Below, one piece after another: positions 28,751-38,154 of a stretch of DNA of 64,000 bases. Both the position numbers and the translations under genes were made by a program. Source of the stretch: an uncultured Gammaproteobacteria bacterium (lineage in GTDB: Bacteria > Pseudomonadota > Gammaproteobacteria > Arenicellales > CAJQKF01); NCBI GenBank assembly GCA_965652415.1, contig CBFGVH010000001.1:33041-97040 (forward strand). Direction: 5' to 3'. Positions within the stretch are counted from its first letter, which is position 1. Each line of letters starts with the position of its first letter. Under the pieces are notes generated by a model. That model was not told the DNA's origin. It did not search any database and saw nothing but the letters and a program-made list of their open reading frames with translations.

Positions 28751-29287
28751 ATGAGTCAGCTGCTGACCTATTTCGTTCGCCTGGTGCTGTTTCGCAGCGG
28801 CCCCCAGGATGCGCCGGCTTCCGAGCAACTTCTCATCGCGACCGGGGTACTGGTGGCGGTGAGCTACGCGCTGACCAACAATCTCTACGATAGCGTCTAC
28901 CACCGCGTGGTCATTGCCGTTTCGCAGGTGATCGTGTTCGGGGCGGTGGTCTGGGTGGTGCTTCGTCTCAGGAATCTCCAGGGCCGCTGGACGCAGACGC
29001 TCACGGCGCTGTTCGGCGCCGCGGCGCTGTTCCAGTTCGCGAGCTGGCCGGTCGTGGAGATCGCGAGCAGCGGTGAGCCGTCGAGCATGGGCCTGCCCCA
29101 GCCGTTGTGGTTTCATATCGCCACGGGGGCGTGGTACCTGGCCGTCATGTCGCACATCCTGCGCCACGCGCTGGACACCACCATCGCCCGCGGCGTCGCC
29201 GCCGCCGTGTTCTGCCAGTTGAGCACGATCATCGGACTGATCCTGGTGCTTTCCGTGCTGGGCGTGACCGAGCCGCCGGCGTCCTGA
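28751..29287 (+). CDS. hypothetical integral membrane protein
   Basis: About 5 TM helices; start at ATG 28751 (MSQLLTYFVRL..). No family recognised. Confidence 0.55.
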   Translation: MSQLLTYFVRLVLFRSGPQDAPASEQLLIATGVLVAVSYALTNNLYDSVYHRVVIAVSQVIVFGAVVWVVLRLRNLQGRWTQTLTALFGAAALFQFASWPVVEIASSGEPSSMGLPQPLWFHIATGAWYLAVMSHILRHALDTTIARGVAAAVFCQLSTIIGLILVLSVLGVTEPPAS

Positions 29288-29301
29288 GTACGGCAGCGCC
29301 T

Positions 29302-30711
29302 GTGAAGCTGCATATCCTCGGCATCTGCGGAACCTTCATGGCGGGCATCGCCCAGGTGGCCCGCGAGCTCGGTCACTCGGTGACCGGTTCCGACGCCGCC
29401 ACCTATCCGCCGATGAGCACCCTGCTCGAGTCCCTCGGCATCGAGGTCCGGGAGGGATTCGACCCGGGCCACATCCCGGACGATGTCGACGTGTGCATCG
29501 TCGGCAACGCCATGACCCGCGGCAATCCCGAGGTGGAGTACATTCTCGGGAACAGGCTCGAGTTCATGTCCGGGCCGGAATGGCTGCGGCGCGCCGTGCT
29601 CGGCCGGCGCCGCGTTATCGCCGTTGCCGGGACCCACGGCAAGACCACGACCACGTCGATGATCTGCCATGTCCTCGAACAGGCCGGGCGGCGGCCGGGG
29701 TTCCTCGTCGGTGGTGTTCCGGGCAACTTCCCCGTCTCCGCCCGGCTCGGCGATTCGCGGTGGTTCGTGGTCGAGGCCGACGAGTACGACTCGGCGTTCT
29801 TCGACAAGCGCTCCAAGTTCGTGCACTACTTCCCCGAGATCTGCGTGCTGAACAACCTCGAGTTCGACCACGCCGACATCTTCACCGACCTCGAGGCGAT
29901 CAAGGTGCAGTTCCACCACCTCGTGCGAACCATCGCCGGCAACGGGACCATCATCGCCAATGCCGACGACGACAACATCGCCGACGTCCTCGCCCGGGGA
30001 AACTACTGCCCCACCGAGTACTTCTCCGTCGACGATTCGCACGAGGGGGCCTGGCGGATCGCCGTGCGCCGAGCGGACTACGGAACGTTCGACATCATCG
30101 ACCCGGCCGGCGACACGATCATGATCGACTGGCCGCTGTTCGGGGTCCACAATGCCGCCAATGCGCTGGCCGCCGCCGCGGCCTGCCGCGCCGCGGGCAT
30201 CGACGGCGACCTCGTCGGTACGGCCCTCGGCAGTTTCGTGCCGCCGAAGCGGCGACTGCAGCTGCTCGCGGCCGTGAACGGGGTGTCGGTCTACGAAGAC
30301 TTCGCCCACCACCCGACCGCCATCGCCCGCACCCTGGAGGCCCTCGCCGCCCGACATCCCGGCGCCCGACTGGTGGCGGCCCTGGAACCGAGGTCCAACA
30401 CCATGCGCACTGCGGTGCACAAGGCATCCCTCGGCCGGGCCTTGTCGCGGGCCGATGAGTGTCTCGTCCTCGCGTCCGGTTCCCTCGCATGGGACCCGGC
30501 GGAACTCGTCGATGATCGTGGGCGCCGGTTTTGCACGTCGTTCGAACGGGCCGCGGATATTGCCGAGCACCTGCGCCGCACGGTGCAGCCCGGCGACATC
30601 GTGGTGCTCATGAGCAACGGCGCGTTCGAGGGCCTGCCCGGGCGCGTGACGAAAATTTTCGCGGGCGAAGGGGAACCGCGAACCGAAATGCCTGTCAACC
30701 GGGCTGTATGA
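29302..30711 (+). CDS. mpl: UDP-N-acetylmuramate:L-alanyl-gamma-D-glutamyl-meso-diaminopimelate ligase
   Basis: VKLHILGICGTFMAGIAQVARELGHSVTGSDAATYPPMSTLL closely parallels the E. coli Mpl N-terminus. P-loop GTHGKTTTTS is present. GTG start at 29302. Confidence 0.9.
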   Translation: MKLHILGICGTFMAGIAQVARELGHSVTGSDAATYPPMSTLLESLGIEVREGFDPGHIPDDVDVCIVGNAMTRGNPEVEYILGNRLEFMSGPEWLRRAVLGRRRVIAVAGTHGKTTTTSMICHVLEQAGRRPGFLVGGVPGNFPVSARLGDSRWFVVEADEYDSAFFDKRSKFVHYFPEICVLNNLEFDHADIFTDLEAIKVQFHHLVRTIAGNGTIIANADDDNIADVLARGNYCPTEYFSVDDSHEGAWRIAVRRADYGTFDIIDPAGDTIMIDWPLFGVHNAANALAAAAACRAAGIDGDLVGTALGSFVPPKRRLQLLAAVNGVSVYEDFAHHPTAIARTLEALAARHPGARLVAALEPRSNTMRTAVHKASLGRALSRADECLVLASGSLAWDPAELVDDRGRRFCTSFERAADIAEHLRRTVQPGDIVVLMSNGAFEGLPGRVTKIFAGEGEPRTEMPVNRAV

Positions 30712-30741
30712 AATGACAACCCGCATCATCCAGGAGTAGCC

Positions 30742-31374
30742 ATGAAGACCATCATCGCAGCCGCCGCCAGCGTACTTCTGCTGGCCACCACCGCGAGCGC
30801 CGCCGACTTCGAGGAGGGCGTGCACTACCGCGAACTTGCCGAGCAGCAATCCACCCAGACGGGCGACAAGGTCGAGGTGCGCGAGCTGTTCTGGTACCAG
30901 TGTCCGCACTGCTACAACCTGGAGAAGCCGCTGCGCGACTGGATCGCCAACATGCCCGACAATGCGGCGTTCGTGGAACAGCCGGCAGTGCTCACCGGCT
31001 CCTGGGAGTTCCATGCCAGGGTGTACTACACGCTGCAGGCGCTCGGCGTACTCGACGAGTTCCATGGACCCCTGTTCGACGCCATTCACAAGAAGCCGCG
31101 GCCGCTGAACCGCGTCACCGACCCCAACCGGGTCGCGGCATGGCTCGCGGAGAGCGGCGGCCCTTCGGCCGCGGAGTTCATGAATGCCTTCGAGTCGTTC
31201 GCGGTTGATACACACACGCGCAATGCCGTACTGATGACCGGACGCTACGAGATCACCGGCGTTCCGTCGGTGGCGGTGGGCGGCAAGTACATCACCACGG
31301 TCACGATGGCCGGCAACTACGACACCTTTTTCAAGGTGATCGAACACCTTATAGAACTCGCGTCTCAGAGCTGA
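30742..31374 (+). CDS. dsbA: thiol:disulfide interchange protein DsbA
   Basis: Signal peptide plus the WYQCPHCY active site; 210 aa. Confidence 0.9.
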   Translation: MKTIIAAAASVLLLATTASAADFEEGVHYRELAEQQSTQTGDKVEVRELFWYQCPHCYNLEKPLRDWIANMPDNAAFVEQPAVLTGSWEFHARVYYTLQALGVLDEFHGPLFDAIHKKPRPLNRVTDPNRVAAWLAESGGPSAAEFMNAFESFAVDTHTRNAVLMTGRYEITGVPSVAVGGKYITTVTMAGNYDTFFKVIEHLIELASQS

Positions 31375-31398
31375 TCGACGCGTTCACCGCTCCCAATG

Positions 31399-31443
31399 AC
31401 CCCGGTGATGAGCACTATGTCTCATCACCGGGGTTACTTTTTT
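31399..31443 (+). terminator. rho-independent terminator of dsbA
   Basis: 13-bp stem ccccggtgatgag/ctcatcaccgggg, loop cactatgt, followed by ttactttttt. Confidence 0.85.
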
Positions 31444-31496
31444 ACAAGCGGGGAATTCGTGATTGCCGCGTGGGAGTGCTTTGGGTACAGTAGCCT

Positions 31497-31581
31497 CGTT
31501 CCGTCTGCACCCCCCCATCCCGTCACCTCCGACTCGCGGACGGAACATTGAAAGCCCTGCCTCGCGCGGGGCTTTTTTTTG
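31497..31581 (+). ncRNA. candidate small RNA (~85 nt) between two terminators
   Basis: Possible TTGCCG-N17-TACAGT promoter (31463-31491). 5' stem gttccgtc/gacggaac encloses a C-rich loop containing cacctcc. The candidate ends in its own terminator with a T8 run. Confidence 0.25.
31553..31581 (+). terminator. rho-independent terminator (second one downstream of dsbA)
   Basis: Stem agccctgc/gcggggct, loop ctcgc, followed by tttttttt. An A-tract upstream may allow weak bidirectional use for tRNA-Arg. Confidence 0.8.
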
Positions 31582-31673
31582 TTCGCCGTCCACGCAGCGC
31601 GCCCGCATGCGCGCCGGAACGACACGGTCCGTCGGGCTCGTGGGGATGGAGATTCGTTCGAGCAACAAGAAGG

Positions 31674-31750
<77 letters not shown>

Positions 31751-31963
31751 GTGTCGGGAGAGTCCGGTTGAACGGCAGCGAGCCGCGGGCGTTGCCCACC
31801 GGTGGTTTTTTAACGAATGCTTATTTTAATGTATACTCGGCGCCCGTTTCCAGCGTCCGCCGCGAGGCCCCGTTCGTCATGGCGCCGCCCGTCCGCGGGA
31901 TCAGGCAGCGGGGGCGCCCTGGAAACCCGTCGTTCGTGAAAAATCCACCAGGAATCGCCAGAC

Positions 31964-32497
31964 ATGTCCGAAAGCCCGATGTCCGATCGCCAGTTCTCGA
32001 AGACTTTCTTCACAGTCATCGCCCTGCTGGTTCTGCTCACCGTGTTCCTGGTCGTGCTGGCGTTCATCAACAGCAGCGAAGTATCAGACAAGCTGGCCGC
32101 GGCGAAGCAGGCCGAGATCGACAAGGTGGTGGCCGCGCGCGTGGAACCGGTCGGCACGCTGAACGTGGGAGAGGTCCCGGAGGCGACCGCGACGACGAGC
32201 GCACCGGCGGCGGCAACGGGCGGCGAATCCGCGGCCGAGGAACCTCTGTCCGGCGAACAGGTCTACCAGCAGGCCTGTGCCGCCTGTCACGCTACCGGCG
32301 TCGCCGGCGCCCCGAAGACGGGTGACGCCGCGGCCTGGGCGGACCGCATCGGCCAGGGTGAGGAAACCCTCTACGACCATGCCATCAACGGCTTCCAGGG
32401 CCAGGCGGGCATGATGCCGGCCAAGGGCGGCAATCCCAACCTTGGCGACGACGAGGTGCGGGCGGCGGTCGATTACATGGTCGGCGAGTCGCAATAG
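31964..32497 (+). CDS. membrane-anchored cytochrome c5-type (class I) cytochrome
   Basis: N-terminal TM helix, A/E-rich linker, haem site CAACH and distal MMPAKGG. Confidence 0.85.
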   Translation: MSESPMSDRQFSKTFFTVIALLVLLTVFLVVLAFINSSEVSDKLAAAKQAEIDKVVAARVEPVGTLNVGEVPEATATTSAPAAATGGESAAEEPLSGEQVYQQACAACHATGVAGAPKTGDAAAWADRIGQGEETLYDHAINGFQGQAGMMPAKGGNPNLGDDEVRAAVDYMVGESQ

Positions 32498-32544
32498 CGC
32501 CCCGCATCGGCCGGCGGGTCGACGTCGCGTTCGACCCGCGCCGG

Positions 32545-32784
32545 TCAGTTGAAGGCGTTGAAGGCGATGATGGTCGAGGTATCCTGCACACCCGGCACTT
32601 TCTGGATGCCCTCGATCACGAACCTGCCTTCATCCTGCCCCTTCGCGAGGTAGCACTTCACCAGCAGGTCGTATTCGCCGGAGATCGAGTACACCTCCGA
32701 GACTCCCTCGAGTTCCACGATCTCGCTGGCCACCTTGTAGGCCTGGCCGAGCGCGCACTTGACGTTCACAAACAGGGTTTTCAT
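32545..32784 (-). CDS. stand-alone Lrp/AsnC ligand-binding (RAM) domain protein
   Basis: 79 aa, MKTLFVNVKCALGQAYKVASEIVELEGVSEVYSISGEYDLLVKC..; no HTH domain. Start is at ATG 32784. Confidence 0.75.
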   Translation of the reverse strand: MKTLFVNVKCALGQAYKVASEIVELEGVSEVYSISGEYDLLVKCYLAKGQDEGRFVIEGIQKVPGVQDTSTIIAFNAFN

Positions 32785-32904
32785 GGGCAATCGAATCGCG
32801 TGGGTGATGGCAGCATCGACGGGACGCCCCGTCCCTTGAGCCGGTCTGCGGAAACTCCGAGGGGCCCGCAACCGGCAGAGTTGTCTGCGGCACGGCTCAC
32901 GGTA

Positions 32905-33939
32905 TCATGACCGCCGCGAACCGAGCCGCTGCGTAAACCCGGCCAGCGCCTCGAGCCGTTCGAGTCCCGCCCCCGAAGCAAGGATCTCCCGGGCCCGCGT
33001 TACGCCCTCACCCAGGGTCTGCACGGCGTCGGCGGCGTAGATCGCTGCCCCCGCATTGAGCGCAATCATGTCGGCCGCCGGCCCCGGCGACCCGCCGAGT
33101 GCGGAGCGCACCAGTTCGAGGCTGGCCCCGGCGCTGTCGACTGCGAGCTTGCCGATGTCGTCGATGGCCTCGAGACCGAAGTCCCCCGGCGCGACCTGGT
33201 ACTCGCTCACCGCCCTGTCCTTCAGTTCCGCCACCCGCGTCGGCGCCGCGAGGCTGATCTCGTCGAGCCCGTCGGTCGAATGCACCACCAGCACGTGGCG
33301 TGCATTCAACTCGCCGAAGACCTCCGCCACCGGCCGCACCCAGCGCTCGCTGAACACGCCGACCAGCAGGCTGTCGGCGCCGGCGGGGTTGGTCAGCGGA
33401 CCGAGCAGGTTGAAGATGTTGCGCACCCCGATCTCGCGCCGCGGGCCGATGGCGTGACGGGTGGCGCCGTGATGCGTTGGCGCGAACATGAAGCCGATGC
33501 CCACTTCATCGATGCAGCGGGCTACCTCCTCGGGCGTCAGGTCGATGCTCACGCCGGCGGCCTCCAGCAGGTCGGCGGCCCCGGAGCGGCCGGTGGCGGC
33601 GCGGTTGCCATGCTTGGCCACGTTGATCCCGCAGGCGGCGACGACGAACGCGCTGGCCGTCGACACGTTGAACAGCCCGGCGCCGTCGCCCCCGGTGCCG
33701 ACACAGTCGACGACGTGACTGGCCTTCGGTCTGACCGCGGCAGCGAATGCACGCATGGTCAGTGCGGCGCCGGCGATCTCGTCGACGGTTTCTCCCTTCA
33801 TGTTCAACGCCACCAGGAAGGCGCCGATCTGCGCGGGCGTGGCCTCGCCCTCCATGATGATGGTCATCACGTCCTGCATTTCGCTGCGGCTCAGGTCCTG
33901 CCTTTGCGTCAGGGCCCGAAGGGCGCCTTGCATGTCCAT
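32905..33939 (-). CDS. trpD: anthranilate phosphoribosyltransferase
   Basis: GAFLVALNMKGET.., DCVGTGGDG, KHGNRA motifs; 344 aa. Confidence 0.92.
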   Translation of the reverse strand: MDMQGALRALTQRQDLSRSEMQDVMTIIMEGEATPAQIGAFLVALNMKGETVDEIAGAALTMRAFAAAVRPKASHVVDCVGTGGDGAGLFNVSTASAFVVAACGINVAKHGNRAATGRSGAADLLEAAGVSIDLTPEEVARCIDEVGIGFMFAPTHHGATRHAIGPRREIGVRNIFNLLGPLTNPAGADSLLVGVFSERWVRPVAEVFGELNARHVLVVHSTDGLDEISLAAPTRVAELKDRAVSEYQVAPGDFGLEAIDDIGKLAVDSAGASLELVRSALGGSPGPAADMIALNAGAAIYAADAVQTLGEGVTRAREILASGAGLERLEALAGFTQRLGSRRS

Positions 33940-34030
33940 CTCGGTTTCCGTGTGGTGTCGTCGGGGCAGGCGAGTTTAACCGCAAAACGGCCGCCGGGAT
34001 AAGCCCCGCACATTGCCCGGTTCGGCACGA

Positions 34031-34049
34031 TACTGTAAATTCATACAGT
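34031..34049. promoter_or_regulatory. LexA (SOS) box immediately upstream of dnaE2
   Basis: taCTGTaaattcatACAGt matches the gammaproteobacterial CTGT-N8-ACAG consensus and ends 1 nt before the ATG. Confidence 0.8.
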
Positions 34050-34050
34050 C

Positions 34051-37000
34051 ATGCCGACAGCCTACGCCGAACTGCACGCGCTCAGCAATTTCACCTTCCT
34101 GCGCGGCGCCTCGCACCCGGAGGAACTCGTCGAGCGCGCCCATGCCCTAGGCTACCGCGCCCTCGCCCTGACCGACGAATGCAGCATGGCGGGCATGGTC
34201 CGCGCCCATGTCAGGGCGAAGGCCGTAGGGCTGCACCTGGTCGCGGGCAGCGAGATGAGCCTCGACGACGGCACCCGGCTGGTGCTTCTGGCGCCGGACA
34301 TCAAGGCCTGGGCCAACCTCTGCGGCCTGGTCACCCGCGGCCGGCGGCGTTCGCCCAAGGGCGAGTACTCTCTCCATCGCGCCGACATCGAGGCGCTGCC
34401 GCGCGGCTGTCTCGCCCTGCTGCTGCCGCGCGCTCCCGAGCCGGGACGACTCGACGACGAGGCGGAGGCGCTCGACGATGCGCGCTGGTTCGCCGGCCTG
34501 TTCGGCGGTGACGGCTGGCTCGCCTTCGAGCTCCGGCGCGACGGGCTCGACGAGGCGCGCCTGTCGCAGTGCCGGCGCATTGCCGCCGCGGTCGGCCTGA
34601 AGCTGCTGGCGAGCGGCAACGTGCACATGCACGACCCCGCTCGCCGCCCCCTGCAGGACGTGCTCACCGCCATCCGCCTCGGCGTGCCGGTGGAAAAGGC
34701 CGGCCTCGCCCTGCATCCGAGCGGCGAGTGGTACCTCAAGCCGCCGCACCATCTCGCCCGGCACCTGCCGGCCGATCTCGTGCGCGAGACCGTCGCGGCC
34801 GCCGCGCGCTGTTCCTTCAGCCTCGACGAGTTGCGCTACGAGTACCCTCGCGAGTTCGTTGCGCGAGGACGCACGCCGTACCACCACCTGCGCCGGCTCA
34901 CCGTTGCCGGTATGCGTCGGCGCTTCGGCCGCCTCGTTCCCGGGGCGGTGCGCGAACTGGTGATCAAGGAGCTGGCGTTGATTCGTGAACTCGCCTACGA
35001 GGCCTATTTCCTCACCGTGCACGACATCGTCGAGTTCGCCCGCTCGCGCGGCATCCTGTGCCAGGGCCGCGGCTCGGCGGCCAACTCGGCGGTGTGCTAC
35101 TGCCTTGGCATCACCGAGGTCGACCCTTCGCGCATGGACCTGTTGTTCGAGCGCTTCATCTCCCGCGAGCGCAACGAGCCGCCCGACATCGATGTCGACT
35201 TCGAGCACGAGCGGCGCGAGGAAGTGATCCAGTACATCTACCGCAAGTACGGCCGCGATCACGCCGCCCTGACCGCCACCGTGATCTGCTACCGGCCGAA
35301 GAGCGCGGTGCGCGACGTCGGCAAGGCGCTGGGCCTTGGCACACACCAGCTCGACAACCTCGCCTCGAACCTCACGTGGTGGGACGGCAACCGGCTGCCT
35401 CCGGAGCGCATCCGCGAGGCTGGGCTGGATCCCGGCAATCCCGTGGTACGGCGCCTTCTGCACCTGGCCGGCGAGATCATCGGCTTTCCGCGCCACCTGT
35501 CCCAGCACACCGGCGGCTTCGTCATCTCCCACGCACCCCTGCATACCCTGGTGCCGGTGGAGAACGCGGCCATGGCCGAGCGCACGGTGATCCAGTGGGA
35601 CAAGGACGACATCGACGCCCTGGGCCTGCTCAAGGTCGACTGCCTGGGACTGGGTATGCTGTCCGCCATCCGCCGCTGCCTTGCCCTGGTCGGCGAGACC
35701 ACCGGGACTTCGCGGGCCCTTGCCGACATCCCGCCCGAGGACCCGGCCACCTACGACATGATCTGCCGCGCCGACACCATCGGCGTGTTCCAGGTCGAGT
35801 CGCGGGCGCAGATGGCGATGCTGCCGCGCCTTCGCCCGCGCGACTTCTACGATCTCGTCATCGAGGTCGCCATCGTCAGGCCGGGGCCGATCCAGGGCGA
35901 CATGGTCCACCCCTATCTCAAGCGCCGCCAGAAACTGGAGCCGGTGGTCTATCCCAGCGAGGCGGTGCGCCGGGTGCTCGAGCGCACCCTCGGCATCCCG
36001 ATCTTCCAGGAACAGGTGATCAAGCTGGCCACGGTGGCCGCCGGCTTCACCCCCGGCGAGGCGGACGCCCTGCGCCGCTCGATGGCGGCCTGGCGGCGGC
36101 GCGGCGGCCTCGAGCACTTCCACGACAAGCTGGTGCGCGGCATGCGAGAACGGGGCTACGACACCGACTTCGCCGAACGCATCTACCAGCAGATCCTCGG
36201 CTTCGGCGAGTACGGCTTCCCCGAGTCCCATGCCGCCGGCTTCGCCCTTTTGGTCTACGCGTCGGCCTGGCTGAAATGCCACCACCCGGCGGCCTTCACC
36301 TGCGCCCTGCTGAACAGCCAGCCGATGGGCTTCTACGCGCCGTCGCAGCTGGTGCAGGATGCGGTGCGGCACGGCGTCGAGGTGCGGCCGGTGGACGTCA
36401 ATGCCAGCACCGTGGACTGCACCCTGGAGCCGTCGTCGGCCGGCCCTGCGCTCCGACTCGGCCTGCGCATGGTCCGCAGCCTCTCGCGGGAAGGCGCCGA
36501 GCGCCTGGTCGCCGCGCGCGCACAGCAGGCCTTCGACAGCGCGCGCGACCTGGCCCGCCGCGCGGGCCTCGATCGCGGCGATCGAAACGCACTGGCCGCC
36601 GCCGGAGCCCTCGACCGCCTGAGCCGCCACCGCCGCCGGGCGGCCTGGGACCTTGCCGGCGCGCCCCCTGCCCTGCCGCTGGTGGCCGACGCCTGGCCGG
36701 GCGAGCCGGCGCCCATGCTGCGCCCGCCGACGGTCGGCGAGGCGGTGCGGGACGACTATGCGAGCACGGGGCTCACCCTCGGCCCCCATCCGCTTGCCCT
36801 GGTGCGCGAGGAACTCGATCGCCGGCGAATCCGCAGCGCCCGCCGCATCGCCCGCACGCCCCACGGCACCCGGGTGCGCGTCGCCGGCATCGTCACCTGC
36901 CGCCAGCGGCCTTCCAGTGCCAGCAACGTGGTGTTCGTGACCCTCGAGGACGAAACCGGCTACGTCAATCTCGTGGTGTGGAAACACGTCGCCGAGCGCG

Positions 37001-37149
37001 ACCGCCGCGCCCTGGTGTCGGCACGGCTGATGGCGGCCTTCGGCGAGGTGCAGCGCGAGGGCGAGGTGATCCACGTCATCGTGCGCCAGCTGCGCGACAT
37101 GAGCGGCCTGCTGGGCGCGCTCACGACCCGATCCAGGGATTTTCGGTAG
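34051..37149 (+). CDS. dnaE2: error-prone DNA polymerase (DnaE2 / ImuC)
   Basis: MPTAYAELHALSNFTFLRGASHPEELV..ALTDECSMAG forms the PHP N-terminus; polymerase III alpha core follows. The 1032-aa length is typical of DnaE2. Confidence 0.9.
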   Translation: MPTAYAELHALSNFTFLRGASHPEELVERAHALGYRALALTDECSMAGMVRAHVRAKAVGLHLVAGSEMSLDDGTRLVLLAPDIKAWANLCGLVTRGRRRSPKGEYSLHRADIEALPRGCLALLLPRAPEPGRLDDEAEALDDARWFAGLFGGDGWLAFELRRDGLDEARLSQCRRIAAAVGLKLLASGNVHMHDPARRPLQDVLTAIRLGVPVEKAGLALHPSGEWYLKPPHHLARHLPADLVRETVAAAARCSFSLDELRYEYPREFVARGRTPYHHLRRLTVAGMRRRFGRLVPGAVRELVIKELALIRELAYEAYFLTVHDIVEFARSRGILCQGRGSAANSAVCYCLGITEVDPSRMDLLFERFISRERNEPPDIDVDFEHERREEVIQYIYRKYGRDHAALTATVICYRPKSAVRDVGKALGLGTHQLDNLASNLTWWDGNRLPPERIREAGLDPGNPVVRRLLHLAGEIIGFPRHLSQHTGGFVISHAPLHTLVPVENAAMAERTVIQWDKDDIDALGLLKVDCLGLGMLSAIRRCLALVGETTGTSRALADIPPEDPATYDMICRADTIGVFQVESRAQMAMLPRLRPRDFYDLVIEVAIVRPGPIQGDMVHPYLKRRQKLEPVVYPSEAVRRVLERTLGIPIFQEQVIKLATVAAGFTPGEADALRRSMAAWRRRGGLEHFHDKLVRGMRERGYDTDFAERIYQQILGFGEYGFPESHAAGFALLVYASAWLKCHHPAAFTCALLNSQPMGFYAPSQLVQDAVRHGVEVRPVDVNASTVDCTLEPSSAGPALRLGLRMVRSLSREGAERLVAARAQQAFDSARDLARRAGLDRGDRNALAAAGALDRLSRHRRRAAWDLAGAPPALPLVADAWPGEPAPMLRPPTVGEAVRDDYASTGLTLGPHPLALVREELDRRRIRSARRIARTPHGTRVRVAGIVTCRQRPSSASNVVFVTLEDETGYVNLVVWKHVAERDRRALVSARLMAAFGEVQREGEVIHVIVRQLRDMSGLLGALTTRSRDFR

Positions 37150-37154
37150 CCGGA

Positions 37155-38150
37155 TCAGGCGCCCGGCAGCAAAACAACCTTCGGTGCCGCGACCCGGCCT
37201 TCGAGCAGTTCGGCGAAGGCGCGCGGCCCGCCCGCGAGCGGCCGCCGCTCGATCCAGTCGAGGGCGCCGAGCGCGCCGCTGGCGAGCTTCGCGGCCGCAG
37301 CGGCCAGATCGGCGGTGGTGTAGGTGTAGGCGCCGATGACGGTGATCTCGGCCAGGGTGATGCGCCGCGCATCGAGTCCGCCGTCGTTGTCCATCAGGCC
37401 GATGTGCAGGAGCACACCGCCCGGAGCGATCGCCGACATGGCAAGCTCGCGGGTGCGGCCGCCGCCGACGCAATCCAGCACCAGATCGAAGGCGGCCTCG
37501 TCGAGTGTGTCTTCGACAGGATCGAACACCCGGCCGATGCCGGCAGCGGCGGCCGTGTCGCGCCGCAGTTCGTTGCGTTCGGCGATCTCGATCGCCTCGC
37601 AGCCGTAGTGGGACAGCAGCAGTGCGGCCAGAAGCCCCACCGAGCCCGCGCCAATGACCAGAGAGCGGCCCTCCGCCAGCGGCCGCGCCGCGGCGCGGCC
37701 CGCCAGTGCCAGCGCGTGCACGGCGGTGGCCGCCGGTTCGGTCAACGCCGCGTGGGCGGCGTCCATGGATTCGGGCACCGGCACCAGGCACTGGTCTGGA
37801 ACCGCCAGGCGCTCGGCGTAGCCGCCGGGGCGGGTCATTCCGATCATGGTGCGGTCGGCGCAGATGTTGAATCGACCGGTACGGCAGTAGCGACAGACGC
37901 CGCAGGTGATCAGCGGGTTGAGGATCACGCGCCGGCCGTCGAACGGCCCGCCTTCGGCCCGTCCGCAGACCTCGTGACCGAGAACCAGCGGCGGCACGCG
38001 CCTGGGGTCGTGGCCGAGGTAGGCGTGCATGTCGGAGCCGCAGATGCCGACCGCCTCGACGCGGACGATGGACTCTCCTGCGCCGGCGACCGGCTCGGGT
38101 TCATCGCGCAGGGACATTTGCCGCGGCGCGGTATAGACGAGTGCCTTCAT
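37155..38150 (-). CDS. Zn-dependent alcohol dehydrogenase (MDR family)
   Basis: GICGSDMH and GHE zinc motifs plus a Rossmann GxGxxG (VIGAGSVG). Start is at ATG 38150 (MKALVY..). Confidence 0.85.
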   Translation of the reverse strand: MKALVYTAPRQMSLRDEPEPVAGAGESIVRVEAVGICGSDMHAYLGHDPRRVPPLVLGHEVCGRAEGGPFDGRRVILNPLITCGVCRYCRTGRFNICADRTMIGMTRPGGYAERLAVPDQCLVPVPESMDAAHAALTEPAATAVHALALAGRAAARPLAEGRSLVIGAGSVGLLAALLLSHYGCEAIEIAERNELRRDTAAAAGIGRVFDPVEDTLDEAAFDLVLDCVGGGRTRELAMSAIAPGGVLLHIGLMDNDGGLDARRITLAEITVIGAYTYTTADLAAAAAKLASGALGALDWIERRPLAGGPRAFAELLEGRVAAPKVVLLPGA

Positions 38151-38154
38151 GATC

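Noticed and set aside
32511-32544. GC-rich hairpin (~13 bp with one bulge) between the convergent cytochrome c5 and RAM-domain genes; considered as a bidirectional terminator.
   Set aside because: There is no U-tract on either strand, so I cannot support calling it an intrinsic terminator. It may still aid termination or mRNA stability.
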